The notes below the pieces were generated by a model. That model was not told where the DNA came from, ran no database searches, and saw nothing but the letters and a program-made list of their open reading frames with translations. The position numbers and the translations under genes were made by a program. A stretch of 32,665 nt of DNA from a virus (Duplodnaviria; Caudoviricetes), in IMG/VR virus record IMGVR_UViG_3300012231_000033, positions 1 to 32,665 of that record; one strand, 5' to 3'. Below, piece after piece: positions 18,325 to 26,661 of the stretch. Position 1 is the first letter of the stretch; each line of letters begins with the position of its first letter.

Positions 18325-18504
18325 TCAAGCCCAATAGGCCGCGGAACCAGTGCCGCCGCCCTTGGCCTTCCTGATGGTGACGGTCGTTCCGGTGATCCCG
18401 GTGCGAATGGACAGACCGTCGCTCCGGGTAAGGCGTTGCTCGCGGGTTTTCGATCTCAGCTTGCCGATGTCCCGTGCAATCCAGCTTTTGCCGGTAAGGG
18501 CCAT
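18325..18504 (-). CDS. Small tail-module protein (59 aa, not in ORF track)
   Basis: MALTGKSWIARDIGKLRSKTREQRLTRSDGLSIRTGITGTTVTIRKAKGGGTGSAAYWA; fills the gap between two tail genes. Confidence 0.65.
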   Translation of the reverse strand: MALTGKSWIARDIGKLRSKTREQRLTRSDGLSIRTGITGTTVTIRKAKGGGTGSAAYWA

Positions 18505-18507
18505 AAA

Positions 18508-19326
18508 TCAGGGTGGCATCACGAATTCCAAAACGTCCTCTGGGTCATTCCACTCGGCCCAAGTGAAAGAGAGGGTCTCACGGCCCTGCCCGTTCGATTC
18601 AACGCTCCATTCCCGCATCGTCACCTTCCACTCCCCATTGGTTGGCATCCGATCTTTGATCTGTGTGGGGATTTCCGGATACAGGGTCTGCAAGTCCTCA
18701 CTTGTGTAGAGCGTATTGATGGCGTCGATCTTCGCCCTGTAGTTGGCTTCCTTGCGGAAAGAGGCGTCCCTGACCATGACGGGCATGTGCATGAAGGTCG
18801 TGTTCTTGCCGCGCTCAAAACGCTTCTCCATGCGCTGGATCAGGGCAAGGACATCGGGTGGCTTATCTCCGAACCAGGTCGGGCTGGGGGTGGCCTTGCC
18901 CGCCAGCAGGGCCTCAAGGTGCGCGTTGAGTTCCCGCCGTTCATCAGATGTGAGGTCAACGTCCATCATCCTCTCGAACCGGCCCACATTCCGGTAGTCA
19001 ACCGAAGTCCGTTCATCGGTCAACCGCCAGAGGATCTCGATCGGCGCCTCGATGTTCGTTTCCCAACCGGGGTCGCTCGGATCGTCAGAATCGAGGCCTT
19101 GCGTCAGCCTTAAGGCCAGGGTCCACATTGGGGATTCACCCTGGCGCCGGAGGTCGTAGCTGACGCCACGGCGATCAAGCTCTAGGTCCGCTATCGTGGA
19201 AAGACACCCTTCCCTGGTTCCTATGTAGACCCTTGTGATGTCCGGCCCGAACAGGGCGCCGGTCAGTTCATCCGGAAGCTGAATGACCGTGAACTCATTG
19301 AGATCGCCATCAATGACCATGCTCAT
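18508..19326 (-). CDS. Putative distal tail/hub protein
   Basis: Follows the tape measure gene; start moved to MSMVIDG; function from position only. Confidence 0.5.
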   Translation of the reverse strand: MSMVIDGDLNEFTVIQLPDELTGALFGPDITRVYIGTREGCLSTIADLELDRRGVSYDLRRQGESPMWTLALRLTQGLDSDDPSDPGWETNIEAPIEILWRLTDERTSVDYRNVGRFERMMDVDLTSDERRELNAHLEALLAGKATPSPTWFGDKPPDVLALIQRMEKRFERGKNTTFMHMPVMVRDASFRKEANYRAKIDAINTLYTSEDLQTLYPEIPTQIKDRMPTNGEWKVTMREWSVESNGQGRETLSFTWAEWNDPEDVLEFVMPP

Positions 19327-19336
19327 AGGTCCAGAT

Positions 19337-19996
19337 TCACCATGACCCGGATGCTCCATGCGTTGGAGCGAGGTTGTCTTTGATGCCCCTCAATTCGTTA
19401 AGCTGCGACTCTTGGAGTGAAATAAGACGCTGCAAAGCAATGGCATTGGCGGGTGAACCAAACTTCGTATTGATCAAATCGCGGAAGGCAGCCCATCCCG
19501 CCATTGATTCCCCGGGGAACCTGAGAGCACGGGTCGCTAAATTAGCCGATTTAGCGACTGCCGGGGTGGCTTCTATCTTCAACTCCTTCACAGCATCGGA
19601 TGCCTCCTTGAGACCACTTACTGTTTCCTTGTCCAGGATACCCTTGCTGCCCCTGATTGATTCCATCGCACTGACAAATTTCAGGGGATCCGTCCTTCCC
19701 ATTTCCCGTGCTTCCTCGACGCTTATGCCAAATTTCTCGGCCAACATTTCCAATTCCTGGAAGGCGTCCGTGCCGATTCCCATCCGACTGGCACCGCGAG
19801 TTATTTCACCCGCGCGACCCATCTGGCCCGTTGCGAACCCAAGCACGGCGCCCGCACCTAGAAAGCGCATGATCCCGCCCTTGAACTGCTGGCGCATCTC
19901 CTTGCCCATAGACTGGGCAATCGATTGGCCTGCTTTCGCGGCGTCTTTCTTCGCCTCAGTCCCATCGACCCTAATTTTTCCCCAGAGATTGAACAT
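19337..19996 (-). CDS. Short tape-measure-like protein
   Basis: KIRVDGTEAKK N-terminus, Ala/Gly-rich helical body, GIGTDAFQEL, C-terminal QLNELRGIKDN; follows tube and chaperone genes. Confidence 0.6.
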   Translation of the reverse strand: MFNLWGKIRVDGTEAKKDAAKAGQSIAQSMGKEMRQQFKGGIMRFLGAGAVLGFATGQMGRAGEITRGASRMGIGTDAFQELEMLAEKFGISVEEAREMGRTDPLKFVSAMESIRGSKGILDKETVSGLKEASDAVKELKIEATPAVAKSANLATRALRFPGESMAGWAAFRDLINTKFGSPANAIALQRLISLQESQLNELRGIKDNLAPTHGASGSW

Positions 19997-20534
19997 AGGC
20001 GCGCGCTGCCTCGAGTTGTTTGTCCAGGTCGCTCCTCGAGTTCCCGGTGACGGTTACTCTGCCATCGTTCTCGAGGGCGCCATAGTGATCGAGGAAGGCC
20101 TGGTCGATCGGAACGTCATCGACCCGATCCGGCGAATACCCCATGCGGATAAGGGCCACCCGCAGGTTGGCGAAGACAGGCGATCCGGATTTCGTTCCGC
20201 CCATGTCCGGCCAGATGAGGACCGGCACTTCGAGGTGGTGATCGACATACTTTGACCAGGCGGCCAGGTGTTCCGCGAAGGATTGAGAACTCAGGCGCCA
20301 GAGCCTGATGCGCCATTGGAACGCTTCCCACCATCCCCGCGGCTGGCGGAACTGGCCTGGGGGACGGCCGCAGATCCAGGCGCAGATCATCAGGTCGATC
20401 CAGTTGGCCGGGTTCCAGAGTTCCAAGCTTTCGAGGATGCGCGCGTGCCCGACCGTCAAAGGCAGGAGCACCTCGCCGCAAACCCGGTGCGGTTGCCTCC
20501 AGATGGTACGCGCGTAGATCTCCGGGAAAGTCAT
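19971..20534 (-). CDS. Putative tail assembly chaperone
   Basis: Between tube and tape measure; LLPLTVGH and C-terminal DVPIDQA; start moved to ATG overlapping upstream stop. Confidence 0.55.
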   Translation of the reverse strand: MTFPEIYARTIWRQPHRVCGEVLLPLTVGHARILESLELWNPANWIDLMICAWICGRPPGQFRQPRGWWEAFQWRIRLWRLSSQSFAEHLAAWSKYVDHHLEVPVLIWPDMGGTKSGSPVFANLRVALIRMGYSPDRVDDVPIDQAFLDHYGALENDGRVTVTGNSRSDLDKQLEAARAYVQSLGKN

Positions 20535-20950
20535 GCCCAGGTCTGCTTGATCGACCATTCAAGCGAGAGCGAGACCGTCTTCTTGTCGGTGTTGTTGGCC
20601 GAATTCGGGCAGTCTGTGACTCGCCAGAATCCGACAAGGCCCGGATGCCGGGCGGCGCTGTCGATCTTTATAAGGGTGCCGTGTTTGAGGACGGTATTGA
20701 CCAACCATCCCTCCTCTTCAGTAGCAGCGAACGGCCAACAATTGATCGTGCAGGTCTTAACCTCGCGGTTGTAGTAGATCCTCGCGACGTCCTCACCCAG
20801 GCCATCCTTCGCAACGACCTTCTCGCCCGTGTATTGGTAGCTGATGTCATTGACCAGGACCGGCCAGGCGGTGTCCTCGGCGGTCTGGATCACGACGACA
20901 TCGACTCCAAAAACAGGGATGTTTGCATCCGCATCAATCACGTAGGACAT
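20531..20950 (-). CDS. Putative tail tube protein
   Basis: 139-aa beta-rich acidic protein after terminator-like gene. Confidence 0.55.
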   Translation of the reverse strand: MSYVIDADANIPVFGVDVVVIQTAEDTAWPVLVNDISYQYTGEKVVAKDGLGEDVARIYYNREVKTCTINCWPFAATEEEGWLVNTVLKHGTLIKIDSAARHPGLVGFWRVTDCPNSANNTDKKTVSLSLEWSIKQTWA

Positions 20951-21453
20951 AGTTCGGGTTCCATCGGTTGAGATGGCTTCAGAGTGCGATCACAGACGTA
21001 GACGGGCAGCGCCCAGACATGCAGCCAGTGGCGGTCCTCGACCGCGACCGAATGCTGAATCCCGGCGGTAAGCCCGGAGAAATGGAGTCGGCCCAGGGAT
21101 GCCTCGGTCAGGCTCTTCATCAGGTCCGGACGATGGATCGCCTGGTCGATGACCCGCGCGATGCGTATGGCCTCCCCGGCTGGATCTGGAGTGTCGGTGC
21201 TCTCGTCCGCCTGGTGAAGGAACGAGACTGCAGCAATCCCTCGCCAGTTCGGCGCGGGCACGTCCTGTTCCCAGGTCTCATCCATCGCCATCGCGATGAG
21301 GCACGGGACCGGGCGCTTGCGGTCGTCATGCCCGGTCCGGATCGGGACCGGTGTCCGGCTCTCGCCGTGACGGTAGGAAAGCTCGCCCACGTCCGGGTCA
21401 CCCACGAACCCGATCCACCGCGCCAGGGCCTGCTCAACCTCGAGGGCAATCAT
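20938..21453 (-). CDS. Putative tail terminator protein
   Basis: 171 aa, PCLIAM and canonical position. Confidence 0.5.
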   Translation of the reverse strand: MIALEVEQALARWIGFVGDPDVGELSYRHGESRTPVPIRTGHDDRKRPVPCLIAMAMDETWEQDVPAPNWRGIAAVSFLHQADESTDTPDPAGEAIRIARVIDQAIHRPDLMKSLTEASLGRLHFSGLTAGIQHSVAVEDRHWLHVWALPVYVCDRTLKPSQPMEPELCPT

Positions 21454-22241
21454 AGGTTGGCCTTCTTGACGGCCATCTCGAGCTTGACCTCGAGGTCCTT
21501 GCGGAGCTTTTCGCCCACGCCCTGAAACGCCATGAACATGATGTTCCGTTCGCGGCCCGCCTTTTGCATGTAGGCGGACTTGTTCGCGAATTCGAACCAG
21601 ACGTCCTCGGAACTCTTCGGGCTTTCCTTGTAGTGGCCAGGCTCATTGAACTTCTTGGCGGCCGCGGGCCAATAACGCGCCCGGCATTTGAGTGCTGCGG
21701 CGGCCTTGTTCCAGCCACTGACACCTTTCCAGACCTGCTTCTGTCGCAGGCCGATGTAGGCCGTGATGGATCCGGGCTTGGCGATCAGGAACCGGCGGTT
21801 GCCACGCTTGGGAACCCGGCCGCCGATCCGCTGGTCTTCGTGCATCCAACGCTGAGCGATCGGGTAGACCTCGGCCTCGATGTTGGCATTCTTGAGGACG
21901 GCATTGATGGCTTCCGTCTTGCCCTCCTGCATGTACTTGCGGAGGTCCCGCGCCGCGCGGCTTTTGCCCTTCATCACCATCTTCGTGGACCCGAAGGGAA
22001 TCATCACCCGCCGGATGTCACGCGCCACGGCGCGCTTCCCCGTAGCGGTGCGCTCATTCGTCCCGGCATTACCTTTGCCGAATCCCTTCCTCCCCGGGAT
22101 CGGCGGTGTCATCGCAATGGCTTCCTCGACAACCAGGCGCGCAGCCTGGCGACACACCTCCTGGGTGGTCTTGCGGGTCACCGCGGCAAGGCCTCGGATC
22201 GTTTTCTCCCATCGCGGATTGTCCAATTCGAAGAGGAGCAT
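21450..22241 (-). CDS. Putative tail completion/neck protein (HK97 gp10-like position)
   Basis: Very basic 263 aa with IAMTPP and SGW motifs, just before terminator-like gene. Confidence 0.55.
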   Translation of the reverse strand: MLLFELDNPRWEKTIRGLAAVTRKTTQEVCRQAARLVVEEAIAMTPPIPGRKGFGKGNAGTNERTATGKRAVARDIRRVMIPFGSTKMVMKGKSRAARDLRKYMQEGKTEAINAVLKNANIEAEVYPIAQRWMHEDQRIGGRVPKRGNRRFLIAKPGSITAYIGLRQKQVWKGVSGWNKAAAALKCRARYWPAAAKKFNEPGHYKESPKSSEDVWFEFANKSAYMQKAGRERNIMFMAFQGVGEKLRKDLEVKLEMAVKKANL

Positions 22242-22259
22242 GGGTCACACCGTCTTGCT

Positions 22260-24830
22260 TCATCTAGTGGCGTTAATGACCTGAAAAGTGGTAGCGTCAA
22301 TTTTAATGAACTCAACGGTACCGTAAACGCCGACTACCAAATTACTTCCGCCAGGGCACCGCAGCGCATCCGAATTGACAAATGTAAGTGTCTTGGCCGG
22401 ATCGGTTGAGGAGTTCCTTATTAACAGCCTGCTTAAATTGTCAGCTGTAGGAGCCGTTATGTTTGTTACACTGGTTGCAAAAGAGGGAGTATGTACAACG
22501 TAGTCACCCATGAACACTAGAGTTTCATTGGTGGTATCTATTCCGCTGCCAAGAACGTCTCTATGGATTAACTGGTTTGGCCTAGCCGACGATATTGCCC
22601 AGAACAAATTGGTGTGAGTCTTTAGAAAGCTCACCATGCCGTATCCAGCCAAATTCAGGTCGCGGACACCCGGAAGCTGCATATTGGACCCCGATGCCTG
22701 AAACTTGACTTGGTTCGTATAGAGTCCGCTACCGTTTCTGAAGTTAACCACGGTACCAATGTCAATATTGTTGGCCACCAAGTTTGTTATCAGGATCGGA
22801 TGCGTTGGAGTGTAGGCGTAGTAATCTTCCGTGAATGTCAGCGTGTAGGTGTTGGTGTTTATCGATCCTGCCGAAGTCAAAACGTCCGGATTCAACAGAG
22901 TCAGATTTGTGACGGTCAAATCACCAACGGTCGCGTTAAGAAGCTTAGCGTCCGCCGTCCAAGAATCGTGTCGAATGTACGGATAAGTTCCGACGCTCGT
23001 GTGCGCCCTTGCGCCACGGCCAAGCACGTTGTTAGCAATAACCCATTGCTCATTGGTCGTCGTACCGGCGCCTTGAATCACGACACCGAATATGGCGTTG
23101 GTCGTCCACGAACTTGCCTGATTGGCTGGATTGGACACGGGAAGTCCAGCAAAAGCGGTTTCCCAATCGTTGCCAGAGAAGATGAATTGGTTCCCGATGA
23201 TCGAAACATCCTCCATTCCGTTGAACCGAGGATGAAGTCTTACCGCCCCGCCACCCGCCACATAATACGTTGACCTCTCACAATTCTGCTCTGGCCCGAT
23301 CAAGTTGCCGCTGACAAGTACCTTGTCTGCTCCGTCGTAGGTCTGGGTTCGCAACCCTAGTGCGATACCAATCGAGTTGTACCTCGTCACCAAATTTCCG
23401 CTGACGATGACCTGAGAAGCGTTGTACGGGAAAGTGTTGGTAGAATCTCCAGCGATCAGAATGCCGTATGTGTTCTGGTTGTATCCACTGCTAATAGCGG
23501 CCATGACAGGAGCGCCAGCCGGAAGAGTGCGGGCCATCGGAGGAAAAACCGTCAGGGTGTTTCCAGAAGCGGCCACGACCCTCGTCAATTCCCCAAAGTT
23601 ATTTGTCCACGGTCCAGCGTAAAGCCATTGACCCACGTCTAGGTTATTCGTGGACGCTACCGTGATATTCGTTCCGCCAATATCGACGGTGGCGGTTGAA
23701 ACCGTCTCGGCCCAATCCGGCGTGATGAACCACCCAGGCAGGTCAATCGTATTTCCAGTGATCGTCACCAAACTGGCCCCGATACCCACCTCCACTCCAG
23801 CCCACTGGCATCCGACAATCGTATTCCCGGTAATCGTGACGTCGTAGGAACCCATCTCGCCGGCGGCCGTGAAGCCTGCAACGGAGATACCGCCGTTCCG
23901 AGTTGCGAAAATGATATTGTTCGCGATCACAACCCGGTTGTTCTGGCGGGAAATCGACATCCCATTGTCATGCCCGAATATGAATCGGTTGCCCTGAATC
24001 AGGACGTCCCGGCAGTGGGTGAATCCTACGTCCATGCACTTGTAAATCAGGTTATTCTCGAATATCACCCTGCGGGCATTATAGACGAATGTCGGCAGCC
24101 CGATCATGTTCTTCACCGTGCAGTTCCGCATGACCACCGCTTCGGGGCTGGAATTGGTGATCGAGAAACTAGACGAGATGACTGCCTGCATCCCGTAGGT
24201 CGTCCCTGCTCGCCAGTCCGCGTAGGACTGGGGGTACTGGACGATGTTCGACCAGCCCTTTGTTCGGTCTGCCTCACCCTCGAAAACGATTCCGTCTATA
24301 TTGATAGAGTTCGTGAACCCCTTTTCGATGCGAACAAACACCCCAAGCGGAACCGCATGCTTTATCACGACCGCACCACCTCCTGATCCCTTAACAATGA
24401 AGTCAGTACCGAGAGGCGTGTAGCAATCCAACAACTGTGTGTAAGTGCCGGGGGAATACCTGACCGGCATTCCACGGGCTGCAACGACAGCGTTAGACAG
24501 TGTTTCACCTGCATAGGTGGAGCCAGCTCCGTCTATAATCCCCCAGGCCCGAAGATCGCCGTCCCATGGGTGGACATATCGCCCCACTGATTTGCCTGGG
24601 TGCGCGATGGTGATGGCGTTGGTCGGAAGGCTGTTGGTTGGATCCCACCTGAACCGCTTTGGCCCGCCCCAATCGCCGGGCACCGCAAGTCCGTCGACGT
24701 CCGTGTACGCCTCCGTCGCGCTGGGCTGGAGGGACAGAAGATGGTTGATGTTGGTGGCTACCCGCACCTGGGCGGCCCGGGTAGGCAACACTAACAGGAC
24801 AAGGACGACCAGGATGACGAGTCGCAACAT
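22260..24830 (-). CDS. Right-handed beta-helix tailspike/depolymerase-like protein with Sec signal peptide
   Basis: MLRLVILVVLVLLVLPTRAA-Q; repeated coils VIFENN, VLIQGN, VVIANN, VTITGN x2, VIVSGN, VLVSGN; duplicated C-terminal domain. Confidence 0.85.
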   Translation of the reverse strand: MLRLVILVVLVLLVLPTRAAQVRVATNINHLLSLQPSATEAYTDVDGLAVPGDWGGPKRFRWDPTNSLPTNAITIAHPGKSVGRYVHPWDGDLRAWGIIDGAGSTYAGETLSNAVVAARGMPVRYSPGTYTQLLDCYTPLGTDFIVKGSGGGAVVIKHAVPLGVFVRIEKGFTNSINIDGIVFEGEADRTKGWSNIVQYPQSYADWRAGTTYGMQAVISSSFSITNSSPEAVVMRNCTVKNMIGLPTFVYNARRVIFENNLIYKCMDVGFTHCRDVLIQGNRFIFGHDNGMSISRQNNRVVIANNIIFATRNGGISVAGFTAAGEMGSYDVTITGNTIVGCQWAGVEVGIGASLVTITGNTIDLPGWFITPDWAETVSTATVDIGGTNITVASTNNLDVGQWLYAGPWTNNFGELTRVVAASGNTLTVFPPMARTLPAGAPVMAAISSGYNQNTYGILIAGDSTNTFPYNASQVIVSGNLVTRYNSIGIALGLRTQTYDGADKVLVSGNLIGPEQNCERSTYYVAGGGAVRLHPRFNGMEDVSIIGNQFIFSGNDWETAFAGLPVSNPANQASSWTTNAIFGVVIQGAGTTTNEQWVIANNVLGRGARAHTSVGTYPYIRHDSWTADAKLLNATVGDLTVTNLTLLNPDVLTSAGSINTNTYTLTFTEDYYAYTPTHPILITNLVANNIDIGTVVNFRNGSGLYTNQVKFQASGSNMQLPGVRDLNLAGYGMVSFLKTHTNLFWAISSARPNQLIHRDVLGSGIDTTNETLVFMGDYVVHTPSFATSVTNITAPTADNLSRLLIRNSSTDPAKTLTFVNSDALRCPGGSNLVVGVYGTVEFIKIDATTFQVINATR

Positions 24831-24833
24831 GAC

Positions 24834-25385
24834 CTAGTTCAGGCTCTCCTGCCGATGCCATCGGCCCGGTGAGGCTTCGAGGACGTCGTTCGGTTTTGCG
24901 ATGTCGACCCCGTCGTCATCGGCCGTCGAGGCGGCGTCATAAATGAAGGGCCCCCCCTGCGTGTCACCCTCGACCAAAAGAAACTCGAGGTTTCTGATCT
25001 GTTGATCGACGTGCTGGGTCAGCAAGCGAAGACCGGCGATTCCCTGCACAGCAAAGTCGACGGCCTGGACGACGATCGCACCGCCGCCGGTGCCCGAGTA
25101 AGACGCGAATCCTGGAACGCCCAGCGTCTGCAGTTCATATGTCGCATCATCATCGATCAGGTGGATCTTCCTCGCCTGAGATCCGGCAATCTGGAGCTTG
25201 TAAACACCGGCCTTCAGTTCGGTCTCGAAGGAACCATTGGCCTCCGTCTGGACGACCAGGCCGTCATGGAGGCCAGTCACAATCGTCGATCCGATGGCGG
25301 CCGGCGCATCGCACCGGTGAAACTTGATCTGCCCGATGTAGGGTTCCCCATTGGGCAGGGCGATCATGCCGATAACAGTGGCCAT
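24834..25385 (-). CDS. Putative fibre/spike anchor protein
   Basis: N-terminal TEANGSFETELKAGVYKL (fibre N-terminal-like); C-terminal GD..GGPFIYDAASTADDDG...P...GRW tailspike N-domain-like motif. Confidence 0.6.
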   Translation of the reverse strand: MATVIGMIALPNGEPYIGQIKFHRCDAPAAIGSTIVTGLHDGLVVQTEANGSFETELKAGVYKLQIAGSQARKIHLIDDDATYELQTLGVPGFASYSGTGGGAIVVQAVDFAVQGIAGLRLLTQHVDQQIRNLEFLLVEGDTQGGPFIYDAASTADDDGVDIAKPNDVLEASPGRWHRQESLN

Positions 25386-25388
25386 GGT

Positions 25389-25718
25389 TTATCCCGTCTC
25401 TGTTTGGGCTGCCTCGAGCGTAAGACTCCACCGCTGGTCATTCTTTCCGACCCGGGCGACTCTGCAGTCCAGGCCGTAAACCCGAAGGCGCATGCCTGGG
25501 GTCGGGGTCAGTCCCACCATCGCGAATTCGGCGAGCTCAACCCCGAGAATCGCGTCGGCATCGAAGGTGAATCCGCCAGAGCCAAGTTGGTTGGAGTAGC
25601 GCAGTTCATCGCAATTGCCGATGAAGGTGCGGGAATAGCCATCGACCGTGAAGGTGATGGCATACTCCTGGCGAAGCGCCGCCCGGCCGGCGTCCAGCAA
25701 TGCGCGCGCCTGGCTCAT
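25389..25718 (-). CDS. Putative head-tail joining/head closure protein
   Basis: 109 aa from MSQARALL, directly after the capsid gene; PTPGMRL..CRVARV. Confidence 0.55.
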   Translation of the reverse strand: MSQARALLDAGRAALRQEYAITFTVDGYSRTFIGNCDELRYSNQLGSGGFTFDADAILGVELAEFAMVGLTPTPGMRLRVYGLDCRVARVGKNDQRWSLTLEAAQTETG

Positions 25719-25723
25719 GGCGC

Positions 25724-26593
25724 TTACGCGCTCTTGATCAGGACACCCTTGCAAATCACGCCAAGGGCGGCGCCGAAGATGATGTCGTAGCTTCCCCAGA
25801 GGGCCCTGGTCGCACTCGAGCACCAGAGGTTAAACTGAACGGTCAGGCCAGTGCCCGGGATCGTGATGTTCTGCTGCTCGATGATCGTGCCGCAGGCCGG
25901 AGGCTTCGCTGGAACACCGGACACAACCGCGATGGCTTCCGGGCAGAACCCGAAACCGTATGTGTTCGCATCGGCGGTAGCCCAAAGACTGTGCTCACTG
26001 ATCGACTGGAACCCAAAACCGCCAGGCCCCACACCAGGGATCGGCATGCAACAGCCGGTCGCCTGGTACATGAGCTTGGACATCGCCGTCGGATCCAAAA
26101 GCAGATGCTTCGGCTGGCACAGAAGCTTCGCGTAGGCGCTGCCCACAGTCGCCGGGGTGAAGCTCGCAATAGCCGAGACCACGACATTCGCGACCGGGAA
26201 ACCAAGGGTCGGGGTCGCACTGTTCTTGATAATCGGCAGGACAACATTCCAGACGGCCGTTGCAAGAGCAGTTGCGTTGATCCTAGCGAGCTGCTCCAGG
26301 CGGAATCCCTGGTTGTACTGCGCATGGGTGATGTGGAACGGCTGGCTAATGTGGTGCGGCGTAACCAGGATGTTGGCCAGGGTCGTGTCGCCAGCTTCAA
26401 AGTTGGTCGGATCCGTCAGGGTCGTCGAACCGGCGGTCGCCACCGGGATCGAAACGGGCTTGAGCGGAGCCAGTGGATCGGGAGAACACTCATTGGCGAA
26501 GTTATTGAGTGGCCCGAGGACCTGGCAGATTGAGTCCATGGCTGCATCGCAACAGGTGTTGCAGATCAGTCCGGAGGAAAAGGTGTTTGGCAT
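25724..26593 (-). CDS. Major capsid protein (Cys-rich)
   Basis: Follows protease/scaffold; MPNTF start; FCPEAIAVV, GLTVQ, YDIIFGAALG pattern of HK97-fold coats; alternative start at MARKSK upstream. Confidence 0.8.
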   Translation of the reverse strand: MPNTFSSGLICNTCCDAAMDSICQVLGPLNNFANECSPDPLAPLKPVSIPVATAGSTTLTDPTNFEAGDTTLANILVTPHHISQPFHITHAQYNQGFRLEQLARINATALATAVWNVVLPIIKNSATPTLGFPVANVVVSAIASFTPATVGSAYAKLLCQPKHLLLDPTAMSKLMYQATGCCMPIPGVGPGGFGFQSISEHSLWATADANTYGFGFCPEAIAVVSGVPAKPPACGTIIEQQNITIPGTGLTVQFNLWCSSATRALWGSYDIIFGAALGVICKGVLIKSA

Positions 26594-26661
26594 GGCAGGT
26601 GTTGGAGTTGGAAATGGAGGTGGAAGCGGGGTCGGGCTGGCTTTCGATTTTCGAGCCATCG

